Of a DNA stretch of 64,000 bases, positions 13,101 through 26,990 are shown one piece after another; the first letter of the stretch is position 1, and each line of letters starts with the position of its first letter. The stretch is from Eledone cirrhosa (taxonomy: Eukaryota), in NCBI GenBank assembly GCA_964016885.1, contig OZ024746.1:40052001-40116000 (forward strand). The letters run 5' to 3'. The position numbers were made by a program, and so were the translations under genes. The notes beneath the pieces are model-generated. The model was not told where the DNA came from and made no database searches. It worked only from the letters and a program-made list of their open reading frames with translations.

Positions 13101-13564
13101 AGCCCTACAGACATGGGCGCCCGGGCAGGGACCCTGCAAAAAAGATCTGTCCGAGGTGCGTGCGAGACGAAGAAACCGTCACGCACGCATTCATACACTG
13201 CCCGGGCGTCACTGATCTGTGGGGCTATGTAGAACGACTATTGTCGCGGGTGGGACCAATCCAGTTGACCACCGAGTCCATTGTCATGATCAAACCGCCA
13301 CCCTCCTTCAAAAACGAAGGAGAGGCGGTTTTCCTTTGTGTGATAGCTATGGCGAAAGAGGTTGTATGGTGGACAAGGTTGAAAGGGCTGAGGTCAGACA
13401 CCTTTCTCTCCGGCCAACAACTGATTCTTTTTTTCAAATACCACTTTGGAAGAAGAATCAGGATGGAGAGAGAGGTGCTGTACCCCAGCAAGTTTTATGA
13501 AAGGTAGGTGAAAGTAGCGAGAATGGCCCGAGTGAATGGGCCTTCTCTCTATACCAGCCTGTAG
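10148..13564 (+). pseudogene. ORF2 APE endonuclease-reverse transcriptase, disrupted
   Basis: NVR, CES, GDWN, SYLDR and SDH endonuclease motifs; QGCPLS and YADD; stops at 10364, 13073 and 13505; compensating deletions around 11890-11980 replace DQSKAFDRV. Confidence 0.92.
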
Positions 13565-13875
13565 GTTGAGGAAAAGGAGGAGGAGAGGAAAGGAGTACAA
13601 ACTCTTCGTACTCCTGGAGATGAGGGTTGCACATTTTTTTTCGGGGGTATGTGTTATCCATATAAACTGTCTCCCTCTATTGGGGAAAATCGACTAACTT
13701 TTTAAATTCCATTTGTGATAACATTTTACACGTTTTTATTGTATGTTAACTTCCCCCTTTGTATTTGTCCCCTTCTTTTGTGCCCCTGTGGCTAATAAAG
13801 AAATATATCTATCTATCCCCTCTGTCTCTCTCTTTTTCTACCTTTCTATCTATCTGTCTACTTAACTCTCTAACA

Positions 13876-13948
<73 letters not shown>

Positions 13949-14279
13949 TCTCTCTCTCTCCCTCTGTACTAATCCTTTGCTATATTATTTCTCCCCTTCT
14001 ATCTCTCTAGTCTTCAGGATCTTCCATTTCATTAAGAGAGCCACTTGCTCTATTCTATCTTTCTAACAGTTAATTCTTTCCATTTTCTACTCTCCTTAGC
14101 ATTTCCGATTCTAAAAGCAATTCCCTCCTCACTTCTTCTTACTCTCTTCTTTGCTCCTCTCCTCTTACTCTTCTCTTCTTTTATTCCTTCATAATTCCTT
14201 TTGTATTATTCTTCTCAAGTCAATATATTTTCTCCGTTACTCGTAAAAGAGCGCAACTTCAGAAGAACCTTTCTTATAT

Positions 14280-14303
14280 AAACATATATATATATATATA
14301 TGC

Positions 14304-14390
<87 letters not shown>

Positions 14391-14630
14391 TATATATATA
14401 CATGTATATATATGTATGTATATGCATATGTATGTATATATATATATACATGTATATATATTTGTATGTATATATATATATGTGTGTATATATTTATATA
14501 TATATATAAGTGTGTGTGTGTGTGTACATACATACATACATACATACATACATGCATACATACATACATACATACATACATACATACATACATACATACA
14601 TACATACATACATACATGCATGCATACATA
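14280..14630. repeat. (TA)n/(TACA)n compound microsatellite
   Basis: Direct reading. Confidence 0.95.
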
Positions 14631-15074
14631 CAGCACATCATAAGCTATGCATAACTTAAACTATGTATGCATGTATGTATTCGTCTATTTAATAACAACT
14701 TCCTCTCAGAATGGTGCATCTTTTCAAATGTCTATTTTTGTATGAGTACTATATAGATGCCAGCTTCTTCTCATGAGTGTCTTCTTCCTTTCTCTAGAAC
14801 AGTGGCGGTGTTTAAAAGAATGTTCTACTGGTTGAATATAGTCTTACTTTTGTATCTTGAGTATTCTTTCATTCTTACTAAATTCTTAACGCTTATTTTT
14901 CTGTCTTACTTTCTTTTCTAGTACATATATTTTTAACTTATTCTCTCCACTCTTCTTACAATATAGATCGAAATATTACTTTCCGTATATTTTTTTCACT
15001 TCATTATATTTAGTTGGGTTGTTGTTTTATTTTTTTTTTTTATATTTCATTATTACTTTTATTATTAGAGCCAG

Positions 15075-15670
15075 GGCAGTGGATTGGCAGTATCGGTAGA
15101 GAGTCGGACGCCATGCTTTACAACATAGAGTTACGGCCCTTTATGAACTGAGTTCATATCCCGCCGAGGTTAACTTTGCCTTTCATCCTTACGGGGTCGA
15201 TAAAATAAAGTACCAGTAATGCACTGGGGTAGATTAAATCGACCAATCCCCCTCCTCTCCCCCACCCCTCCCCAACCCCCACCCCCCAAAAAAAATTGCT
15301 GGCCTTGTGCCTAAATAAGAAACTATTATTACAGCCAGTGGCAAGGTTTGGCAGAATCGGTTTGGCACCGGACAACATGCTTTGCTACATAGAGTTACGG
15401 CCCTTTGCGTTCTGAGTTCAAATCCCGCCGAGGTTAGCTTTGCCTTTCATCCTTACGAGGTCGATAAATAAAGTACCAGTAATGTACTAGGGTCGATATA
15501 ATCGACTCACCCCCCTTCCCAAATTGCTGACCTTGCGCCTAAATTTGAAACCATTATTATAGCCAATGGCAAGGACGGCGGATTGATAGACTTGTTAGCG
15601 CGTCGGATAAAATGTTTTGCGGTATTTGGTTACGTCCCTTTACATTCTGTGTTCGAGTCCCGCCGAGATC
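15075..15670 (+). mobile_element. three head-to-tail family 1 SINEs
   Basis: A/B boxes and CTTTGCCTTTCATCCTTACG.GGTCGATAAA core repeated; units end in ATTATT; the third is partial. Confidence 0.85.
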
Positions 15671-15823
15671 AAAATATTCTTTGGTCATTTTATCTTTGTC
15701 CAGAGCACATCTATAACAAATATTTTCATTAATATCTAAATATTTGTATTGTGTGAAACAGAGATGCCATTGATGTAAATATTTCTGGCTTGGAAAGCAG
15801 TTTTTCCCACGTTTTACTATCTA

Positions 15824-15880
<57 letters not shown>

Positions 15881-16246
15881 TATGTATGTTCTGAGCCACG
15901 TACATGTATATAAATACATATCTATGTGCGCTTACATACGCATGTATCTATATACGTATGTATGTATGCATGTATGTACGTATGTATGCACATATGTATG
16001 TGTGTACGACGCGTGTGTGTATAGATGTACGTGTGTACGCGTGTGTTTTGGCTTCAAACTTCTTTTTTTTAATTTCTCACCAATAGAAAAAGAATCGCTT
16101 TCCAACCCAGAAACAATGGTCTTTTATTAGAATTTAGACAACATCAATTAAATAGACATATATGGATGTATCTGCGGATGTATGTGTCTGTATGGCGACA
16201 TGCCATTGTACGTATAATATGTATACTTTGACTTAAGCATATGTAC

Positions 16247-16249
<3 letters not shown>

Positions 16250-16303
<54 letters not shown>

Positions 16304-16331
16304 CATGCATGTATGCATGTATGTATGTATG

Positions 16332-16368
<37 letters not shown>

Positions 16369-16486
16369 GATTGTATGTATGTATGTATGTATGTATGTAT
16401 GTATATACATATATATACATATACATATATCTATATATATATATATACATACATATATATATATATACATACATATATATATATAT

Positions 16487-16549
<63 letters not shown>

Positions 16550-16571
16550 CATATATATATATGTATGTATG

Positions 16572-16641
<70 letters not shown>

Positions 16642-16650
16642 CATACATAG

Positions 16651-16681
<31 letters not shown>

Positions 16682-16692
16682 GATAGATAGAT
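16250..16692. repeat. (TA)n/(TATG)n compound microsatellite
   Basis: Direct reading. Confidence 0.95.
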
Positions 16693-17113
16693 ACGCGTGA
16701 ATATAAAAATACCACAGATAAACATCTGGAATGTTTCACATTTTTCAAAGTTGCCTAACTGTCTTGTAATTTCTTAATTAGCCGTGTCTTTGTGGGGGGG
16801 GGGCTAAAGTCTAGCTCTCCCGAATTGGTAATGAGGCTGTTAGTTACATAATAAAGTGCTCTAGTAATCACAGGTATAAATAAAAAAAAAGCTATGGTCT
16901 GGATGTAATATCTGCAGCTTTTGTATTAATTCGGCATAGATATTTTCTTTTTCTCTTATTTTTAGCATTACATTAATGCTGTTAAATAACTGTGTTCCCC
17001 TCTTGTGCTCGCATTCGTTTCTGTTGCACAGATTATTATGCCTGATCTGCTGTCCCTACATTTAACAGATGTTTCGAGAGAAATATCCCACCACTGTTAT
17101 TTCGTGTTATGTG

Positions 17114-17293
17114 GTGGATTGGCAGTATCGGTAGAGGGTCAGACGCCATGCTTTCCAGCATAGTTACGTCCCTTTACAATCTGAGTTCAAATCCCGCCGA
17201 AGTTGACTTTGCCTTTCATCCTTACGGGGTCGATAAAATAAAGTACCAGTAATGCACTGGGTAATTGCTGGCCTTGTGCCTAAAGTAGAAACA
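17114..17293 (+). mobile_element. family 1 SINE with 18-bp TSD
   Basis: GTTATTTCGTGTTATGTG at 17096-17113 and 17294-17311. Confidence 0.93.
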
Positions 17294-17374
17294 GTTATTT
17301 CGTGTTATGTGAGAATACAACACATACATATTTAAGTACATTCATATTTACACTGTACATCATTATATGGTATG

Positions 17375-17520
17375 GTCCCGTAATTTCTGATAGAGTTGTA
17401 TGAGCGCCGTAGTGACATACGGCGTTTCTTGGGCATTTTTATGCCTGGCGGAGTTCATCTTTCTCCATGTCTGAATACAGCAGATTTCTTCCAGAGAAGG
17501 ATAGAGAGTGAAAAAGAGAG
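17375..17520 (-). repeat. unclassified dispersed repeat (GAAGAAATCTGCTGTATTCAGAC family)
   Basis: Related copies at ~37670-37820, 55220-55320, 55570-55665 and 60045-60115. Confidence 0.65.
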
Positions 17521-17539
17521 ATATAAAGGAAGAATGGAT

Positions 17540-17676
17540 CCCCAGTACTAGACTGGTACTTTACTTTACTTTTAAAAAAATTAACTTCTGCAGGATTTGA
17601 ACTCAGAGAGTAAAGAGCTGGAACAAATACCACAAGGCATCCTATCCGCCGTTCTAACGACTCTGCCAACTCGCCG
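17540..17676 (-). mobile_element. degenerate family 1 SINE
   Basis: GGATTTGAACTCAGA and CTGCCAACTC motifs. Confidence 0.7.
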
Positions 17677-17730
17677 TATGAGGAATGTATACGAGTTTTC
17701 AATTTAAAATATCATGGTCTGTTCAATTCT

Positions 17731-17731
<1 letters not shown>

Positions 17732-17776
<45 letters not shown>

Positions 17777-17811
17777 ACACACACATACACACACATACAC
17801 ACACACACATA

Positions 17812-17850
<39 letters not shown>

Positions 17851-17891
17851 ACACATACACACACACACATACACACACACACATACATACA

Positions 17892-17938
<47 letters not shown>

Positions 17939-18047
17939 ACACACACATACACACACACTTACACACACATACACACACATACACACACACACACACACAC
18001 ATACACACACATACACACACACACATACACACACACACATACACACA

Positions 18048-18092
<45 letters not shown>

Positions 18093-18263
18093 ACACACAC
18101 ATACACACACATACACACACACACATACACACATACACACACACACACACACACACATACACACACATACACACACACACATACACACACACACATACAT
18201 ACACACACATACACACACACACACACATACACACACACACACACACGCACGGCACATATATAT

Positions 18264-18321
<58 letters not shown>

Positions 18322-18325
18322 ACAC
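17732..18325. repeat. (CA)n/(CATA) compound microsatellite
   Basis: Direct reading. Confidence 0.95.
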
Positions 18326-18987
18326 CAAAACGAGAACTCTGACTCAAATTATAACTACGTTGTGTTAGACCTTCGTCGTTTTCAATAAAGGGTGTTCCAA
18401 AAACACGGAACTACTTATTCGTGAAATTTATTAGAACTGACAGAACATTCCATAGGTTCCCGGTCTGGGAATCGAACACGGTAATAACAAAGCCATGCAC
18501 TTTTACATCTAAATACCTGTACGTGCGTGTACAAACATTTATATCTCCCTCCCTTTCTCCCTTTCTCTCTCCTGCTCTCTCTCTCTCTCTCTCCTGCTCT
18601 CTCTCTCTCTCTCTCCTGCTCTCTCTCTCTCTCTTTCTTACGTTGCTTCTTTTATATTTTCCCCTTTACCTATTTTTATACATAAATTCCAATAAGATTT
18701 ATTGATTTGAAGATCGTCGTAAGTTGGTGAAGAAAGTGCAAAAATTGTCTTTTAGTAACAAATGCCTCCTTATTTGTGTGTTGATGCAGCAAACATTTTC
18801 CAAAACGTGCTTAAATATGCGAAATCCCAGTGGGTCTTAACTCTTCGATTGAAAGAGGTCTCGTTATTCCTCAGAGAATTCGTTAACTTCTAAGTTTGAA
18901 ACAGTTCCACAGGCTGGTCGAGGTGATGTGATAACATAAAACAAAAATTAAAAACAAACAAAAACTAAAACCAAGACAAATAAATGC

Positions 18988-19068
<81 letters not shown>

Positions 19069-20198
19069 TTTCTGTGGGTGCGTTTTTCTGTGTGTGCGTG
19101 TCTTTCTGTGTATATGTGTGAAAGAGAGAGAGATTTAGATTGAAAAGTGGACTGGCTTTGATATAAAAGTAGGCCAATAGTCGAAATACTTATAAAAAGT
19201 GGGTGAAGATAGAGAATTGAGAAATAAATAATCATATATAGGAAATAATTAAAAGAATGGGCGAAACTAATGTGAATAAGAACTCAAACTCAAAAAGCTG
19301 AAAAGATGCCCAAATTGAAATAAAAAATGTCCACTTAATTGAAGGTAAATATGATATTAAGACGATAAGGACATTTTTTACATAAAATGTAAAAAATAGA
19401 AGAAGAATAAAAATAGATTTGAAGAGTCAAGAGAGAGAAATAATAACAATTTAAAATCTTTTTATATAATGATCGTGACGTAAGTGTATCTAAATATGTA
19501 ACCAAAATAAACTTCGAAACTAAAATCTTTACAATTCCAATTTGAATATATTTTATTAAAGATGTTACTATCATTGTTCATTTTGAATACTATATTTTCT
19601 CAAACCTCTCAATCTCTCATTCACTTCCTACTTTCATTTTCAAACTTAGATTCACTTCTATGTCACTTCCGGCTACCAATCTAACTGTAGCTGTCATGAT
19701 AATATTCTAATAGCAATAATAATTTGAAAGAAGCGTACAGCAGCATGAACAAATCATACTTCACATATCAAATATTTCATAGCATTCTATTATAATTATA
19801 AACGTTTAAAAGTATTTTCAAAGATATTTCACTAAAGTAATTTTACTAAATTTTCTTTTCCTTTTCAAATATTTCCCTATTTTATGAGTTTCAATTTCTC
19901 TTTAAAAGTTGAGAAATGACAGGCTGGACAATACCGTCCTATATATAGAAAATGATGAGTTAATGTATATATGATATATACCAGGTGGAAACTGCCAGTT
20001 GGACGATTATTCTCCTAGTTTAAAAAATGCAGAGATTTGACAAAATATTAACTGTTAGTTAACAAAAAATTGGACTATAACCAATTCATGTGTTTTTAAA
20101 TAGCAAAGCGACTCTACCAAAATACAACAGTATTGGTTACCAGCACACTGTTTCACATTATAAATCTTTCACATTATAAATCTTTCAAAACAAATACA

Positions 20199-20258
<60 letters not shown>

Positions 20259-20261
<3 letters not shown>

Positions 20262-20414
20262 CAGGACTCCCGACGGCTGATCTCCGGCCGTTTCGACAGC
20301 TAAATCCGAACTAAACGAGTACGAAACGGCTGGAGCTCAGCCGTTGGGGTCCTGATAAGTATCGAATACTCTGGTGCGTTATGGTCTACCTGGTTTCTTA
20401 CCACACTTTCTTTG

Positions 20415-20417
<3 letters not shown>
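20259..20417. mobile_element. microsatellite-flanked fold-back element (family C)
   Basis: ATCAGGACTCCCGACGGCTGATCTCCGGCCGTTTCG is inverted as CGAAACGGCTGGAGCTCAGCCGTTGGGGTCCTGAT; tail shared with 31430-31500 and 53611-53690. Confidence 0.75.
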
Positions 20418-20465
<48 letters not shown>

Positions 20466-20548
20466 ATATATATATATATACTGTATATATATATATAAAA
20501 TTGCAAGTCTGAAGAACTATTAGATAAAATATATACAGTATTTCCTCT

Positions 20549-20594
<46 letters not shown>

Positions 20595-20876
20595 AGCCCG
20601 CGTGTGTGTATACCTATCTATCTTTCTATTCTTTTTCAATCTAGCTGTCGTCTGTTCTACAGCGTAGATGTAATTAACTTCGCGCAGAAGTTTTGTTCCA
20701 ATTTATTGCGGAATTTTGTAAGTTCAATTTTAATTTTGATACTATTGTGTAGCTTGACCCCCCCCCCCCTCGTCTGAACTGTCAGGCGGTGGGTCAGCTC
20801 ATCTTCGCCCCTCCCAGGGGTGAAAAACCTGTTTTTAAAAATTTTGTGGCATAAAAAATTCAATCGTCTGACAGAA

Positions 20877-22786
20877 ATGTTAAACGAAGCTAACGAAAAT
20901 AGTGGTGGAGGGACAGCGGTAAGAGTTGTAAGCTCGCACGCTTTAGTCCCCCCCCCCCCTTCCTTCCCAACTAACGTCATAGAGAAGGAAAGAATAAATA
21001 AAAGAAAAACAGGCGAATGTGCGGAGAAAAATGACGAAAACACAAATCTGGACATTGATTCCAACAACGAAAAAAAATTTGAAAAATTGCATGACAATAT
21101 TAATACCACAAACAAAGACACAACAAACACAAAAATAACATTTGAAAACAACATCATAACAGAAAGCAAAGCAGACGACAAAGTCAACACCAATAATATT
21201 TCATTTGCACAAACAACAAAGAAATCTTTGACATATATACCTGAAAATATTTCAGATGTGGCACAAAGAATTATAAACGCCAAACAATACAAAACTCAAG
21301 GGGAAAATGGTATTTTATCGGTAAAAATGCCTCAAGAACTCACCAAAGACATTGAAAGTCGGACGGTCGTTTTCCGCACCATCAACAACATTTCTAAAAA
21401 ACCTCAACAGCCAACACAAACAGAAATCAAAGCAGTACTTACAGAAGTACTTAATGAAACCACTTTCATAAGAAGAGACAGACTGTATGGAAGCCTAGCG
21501 ATTATTATGAAGAACGAATCGGCGGCAAAAAAATGTGCTTTGTCGCCGATTCGTTCGACAAATTTTACCTTTTATCCATCTTATATGGGTAAAAGAACTC
21601 AGCGCATATGGCTGGATGCAATGATGCCAGATGTGGACTACTGCTGGCTCATAGCTGGCTTCATCGATCCAGCGAATGACAACGTGATTTCCATTGGGAA
21701 AACCACAGGCAATGCGTTCAGTGGAACAGGTATAGAACTTGTAGTGCAAATGAAGCCTGAACGCATCGCCCAAATACCCGACAGAATCCTATTAGAGGGC
21801 CACGGGTATATAAACATTAGCGTGGAGGGGAGAAGGCCGTCCTGTCATATCTGTGCAGGCAGAGGGCACCTGAAGGCGGCTTGTCCCCAACTCAACAAAA
21901 AGAAAACCTTGCTACCAACACCAGCTCCACCACCACCACAACAGATAAACAAACAACAAAACTCAGTCCCACCCAACCCGTCCCTCAGTAAAACTACACC
22001 ACCACCACAACACAAACAGTCACAACACATTACCCAAAAACAAAACACAGTCCCACCCAACCCCTCACTCAATAAAACAACACAACCACCGCAGCCACAA
22101 CACACAACACAGTCTAACATAGTGACATCCATCTCCCCCACAAAGAAAACCAACACGGAAACATTACCAGCAAACATACCTCTTCCCTCCAACACTGAAG
22201 ATAACCCAACGAATTCGGAGGAAGAAACGGAGTCCTTCAGACAGATTAAAAGAAAAAAAAGAAAACATGTGCAAAACACACAAGGCCAAACAACCCCTAC
22301 CCAAATGTCAACACAATCCAACAAAACACAAAACACCCCTCCAGCAACAAACAAAACCAAACCTGCCCTCCCCTCTTCGAAACACTCACACCATCCGAAA
22401 AAAAGACATTACACTATACTTACATCAACAGAAACAATAATAAATTAAATGAACTCATAAACAATAATCCTTCGGTACAAACCGAAGGTGTAAACTTTGT
22501 TTCTTCAGAAAACTACCCACATTTAAAATTAATAAAGATCCCAATGAACCTCTACCAAAAACTAAAAAAGGATTTTAAGGAGGACGTAGGACCACCCTCT
22601 GTCAAACCCATAAACCGCGTCCTACTAAAAAGCTTTCCCCCTCCCCTTCCCCTCCCCAACACAACTCCAAACACCCCAACCCCACCACACACTGACGATC
22701 CCACACCACCACAAGACACCCCTTCACCCAACACCCCCGACCCCATGGAAGTCGTGCGACCGGAACCCCGGGAAGCAGAAAGGTAG
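20877..22786 (+). pseudogene. ORF1 with CCHC knuckle, one frameshift near 22400
   Basis: CHICAGRGHLKAAC; the C-terminus in another frame (22544-22786) matches the copy 3 ORF1 end. Confidence 0.87.
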
Positions 22787-22819
22787 GTCTCTACACTCTC
22801 CTTTGGCTTTGCCGCCCAC

Positions 22820-25800
22820 ATGGATGTGTTAAGAGTAGGATGTTTGAATGCACGTGGCCTGGGCTCAACTTGGAAACAAAGCTTCTAAATGACCTCAGGT
22901 CACGTGGTATAAATGTAATGGTTATCTGTGAGACTCGGATCAGCGTCGTGCGGCAGCTGGCCCCTACCTTCGATGACTTTGAGGTGCATGCATCTCTCTG
23001 TCAACCTGGAGGTTGGGGTGGGGTTGTCGTACTGCTGGAAAAACACCTGGGTCTCGCCGTACAGGTTGTTCACTCGGACCCGGAGGGTCGTTTGTTGGTG
23101 CTAGACGTTGGCAGTAGTGAAGGTGCAGCCTTGAGACTGGTCGCCGTCTACTCCCCTTCCGGAGCTGAACGGCCCGACTTCTTCCAGCGTTTGGAGACTT
23201 TTCTGGGAACGTCGCGTTCCCTGCTTCTAGCGGGGGATTGGAATGACATCCTAGATGCACGTTGGGACTATGCAGGAGCATGTCCTAATAGAGGGGGGTG
23301 TAACAGCCTCAAGGGGTTACTCGACCGTTTTAACTTGGTCGATAGATATTGACTAGATTTTCCAACTGCGCCAACCTGGACTTGGACGAACCACAGTGGT
23401 CAATCTAGATCGTACTTAGATAGATTCTTAGTTAGAAGTAAGGATAGGGACATATTAAGCTGTCCAGAAATGCTCACGGTTGGCTATACGGATCACAAAT
23501 TAGTGACCTGCGTAGTCAATCTCGAGAAAACACATAAACAGGGTCCCGGTTACTGGAAACTTAATTTGTCTTTACCGGCAAAAGAGACTTACAGAAACCG
23601 GATTAGCAGATTAGTTAAGGAGAGGTTGACGGGTGCAATCGTCAACAACCGATGGTGGGCATCTCTCAAAGGAGAGATTAGAACAGAATCAATAAGTTAT
23701 AGCAAGATGTTAGCTGCCGATAGGAATAGAAACGAGAAAGAATTAACAAGTAAATTAGAAGAGGCAATCAAGAGCGAAGATGTGGCCAGAGTGCTGGCAT
23801 CGAGGACGGCCTTGAACCAGTTTTTCGATGCAAAGCACGAAGGCTGCGTCATTCGAAGTAAAATACGTGCTCTAGGTAATGAGGGGGCCAAAGCCGTTGG
23901 CTGGGCCCGCGTGACAGAAGCTAAGAGTGGAAATCGATCCACCATCCGGTCTTTGCAAGACGAAGATGGACGGGTGATCCGGGAGCCTAAGCAGATGTGC
24001 AAGGCCTTTCAAAGGCACTTTGCCCGATTATTCGGGGGAGGCGAGGGTCCGGGCGGGGACGTGGATTTCGGTCCATACCTCGACGGCCTGCCGCGTCTCT
24101 CGAGCGAAGAGGCAGAGTCCTGCGAGGGACCAATCTCGGCTGATGAGATCGGGGATGCGCTGAGCCAATGCAGCAGACGCAAATCTCCAGGTCTCGATGG
24201 TATACCTTACGAACTTTATTTAGCAATGCCGGTCTTCTTCTCCGAACTCCTCGAAGCGGTCTACTACAATTGGCAGCAGAACGGGAGAATTCCTTGTTCT
24301 GTAGCCAAGGGCGTAGTCTCGCTGGTGAGGAAGGACAAGAACAAGGGGGATAGTATAAATAATTTTCGGCCCATAACCCTGCTAAACACAGAGTTAAAGA
24401 TTTTGGCCAAGGTGTTAGCAAAGAGGTTGGCGCTTGTCGTGGGTGGCCTGGTGGGAGATGCGCAGACATGTGCTATCCCATCCAGGTCCATTCACGATAA
24501 CCCCCACCTCATGCGATACATCATAGAGAGGATTGGCAACAAACCCGGCTTCGGTGGGGCCCTGATCAACTTGGATCAGTCTAAGGCCTTCGATAGGGTC
24601 GACCATGGTTACCTGGATGCGGTATTAGCGGCGGCTGGGTTCGGTCCTGTTTTCAGAGGCTGGATCACTGCCTTACATAGCAACCACATCTGTTCTAGGA
24701 TCAAGGTGAACGGCTACCTTTCGAAGCCGTTCGAAATCACACGATCCATTCTGTACGTATTGACTCTCGAGCCTTTACTGGGGAAGTTGGAGTTGTTGCA
24801 GGGTATCCCCCTGGAACCAGGATTGAGCAAAGAGGTGTCGGCCTACGCCGATGACGTAACAGTAATGGTATCGACCGACTCGGAGATCGAGGCGATCGGT
24901 ACCTTACTGGAGGATTACGAAAGGTTGTCAGGAGCGAAACTGAACCGGGAAAAATCCATCGGGCTGCAACTCGGAACGTGGAGAGGCAGACCGATGCCTC
25001 CCGACGGTGTCGTCGGACACTGGACGGAGGGCCTGGTGAAGTTGCTTGGGGTCTGGTTTGGACCGGACCTCCAGGTGGAAAAGAACTGGGACGAGGTTAC
25101 GAACAAGGTGTTTGCACTAACCCAGAAATGGGCCAAGTGTAAGCTGTCCCTAAAAGGTCGGGCGGAGGTGGCGAACATTTACATAGCGTCCGTCACTTAC
25201 TACCGCCTGACTGTCGTGCCTTGCCCTAAGGAAACACTCACCACCATGGAACGCATGCTCTTCCAATTTCTTTGGAAGAAGCGCCCTCCTATGGTGAGAA
25301 GATCCATCTGCTGCCAACAACCTTCGAAAGGAGGGCTGGGGATGCCGTGGTTGATGATGCGTAGGCACGCATTAAGGCTACGGCACCTACAGGTATTCCT
25401 CACTGGTCAACCGGTGTGGGCTCCGTTCGTGAAACGAGCCTTTCCGAGACTCGTCTCGCTCACCGAGCTGCAGTCCTGGGTCAAGCAAAGATCCGGAAAA
25501 CTGGGAGACTGGCACACTGAGTGTGCCCAGGCGCTCAGAGCTCTCTGGCAAGCGGGCCAGGCCATCGGTGGAGAATCCACCTCATCATTCTATAGAGGGC
25601 TGGTGGCTAGCAGGGGCGATGACACCCTTGGAGAGTCGCTGGACATGGAAGAGGACGAACTGGCCAGCCTGTTCGGTAGGACTTTCGGCCCGGGACCAAT
25701 GGACAACTTCCAGAAGTCACTAGCCTGGCAGTGCTACCGGGGGGCTCTACCCGTTCGAGAGAGGCTCTACAGACACGGGCGCCCGGGAAGGGATCCCTCG

Positions 25801-26226
25801 AAAAAGATTTGCCCTAGATGCGTGCGTCACGAAGAAACCGTTGCGCACGCATTGGTGCAATGTCCGGGCGTGGCTGATCTGTGGGGCTACGCCGAACGAC
25901 TGCTGTCGCGGGTGGCGCCGATTCGATTGACCGCCGAGTCCGTGATGACAATCAAGCCGCCTCCCCTCTTCACAAAGGAAGCAAAGGCGGTTTTTCTGTG
26001 CGTAATAGCCATGTTGAAAGAGGTTGTTTGGTGGACACGATTGAAAGGTCTGAGGTCAGGTAACTTCCTCTCTGGCCATAGTCTGGTCTACTTCTTCCGA
26101 TATCACTTCGGAAGAAGGATAAGAATGGAGAGAGAGGTGCTTGGCCACAGGCAGTTTTATGAAAGGTGGGTGATAGTGGCGAGAATGGCTCGTGTAAATG
26201 GGCCTTCTCTGTATACCATCCTGTAG
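22820..26226 (+). pseudogene. ORF2 APE-RT-zinc knuckle, disrupted
   Basis: Start MDVLRVGCLNARGLG; frameshift ~22880; TGA at 23350; in-frame loss of the RQGCPLS motif near 24750; YADD; CPRC..H..C. Confidence 0.92.
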
Positions 26227-26587
26227 GTAAAGAAGTGAAGGAGAGGGGAGCACCTTCTCCATGTGCTCCCCGGGCAAAGGATTGCACACTTTTTCGGGGG
26301 GGGGGGTGCAACCCCCATCATGTCCCCCTCCCTTTTGAGGTTGTTTTCGATTATTTTCATTTTATACCCTTTTTACTCGATTTTATGTAAACTCCCCCTT
26401 TGTATTTGTCCCTTCTTTTTATGCCTTTATGGTAAATAAAGAAATATATCTTTCTATTCTTTTATTATCTTAATGAAATCACTAATTTTACTGCAGTCAC
26501 ATACGTACACCGATATATGTATAAATGTATGTGTGTGTGAGAGAGAGAGGGCGAGAGAGAGAGAGTGTGTGTGTGTGTGTGTGTATA

Positions 26588-26642
<55 letters not shown>

Positions 26643-26697
26643 ATGTATATATATATATGTATGTATATATATATATGTATGTATATATATATGTATG

Positions 26698-26848
<151 letters not shown>

Positions 26849-26907
26849 GTGAAAGCAGCGATTCTTTGCTTAAACTTTAATCTGTTATTTTAATAAATAT
26901 ATATATA

Positions 26908-26983
<76 letters not shown>

Positions 26984-26990
26984 CATATAT

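Larger units (their letters stand above)
8573..13805 (+). mobile_element. Tx1-clade copy 3, near full length, truncated within ORF1
   Basis: ORF1 plus APE-RT ORF2; TSD-compatible TATCTATCTATCC at 8560-8572 and 13806-13818. Confidence 0.95.
20636..26446 (+). mobile_element. Tx1-clade copy 4, apparently full length (~5.8 kb) with 17-bp TSD
   Basis: TATCTTTCTATTCTTTT at 20619-20635 and 26447-26463; 5' UTR, ORF1, ORF2 and a 3' UTR ending AATAAAGAAATA. Confidence 0.96.

Noticed and set aside
15075-15170. tRNA genes
   Set aside because: The A/B boxes belong to SINE heads; no cloverleaf.
20636-26446. Active autonomous retrotransposon
   Set aside because: Frameshifts, a stop codon and loss of the QGCPLS RT motif; some lesions could be sequencing errors.
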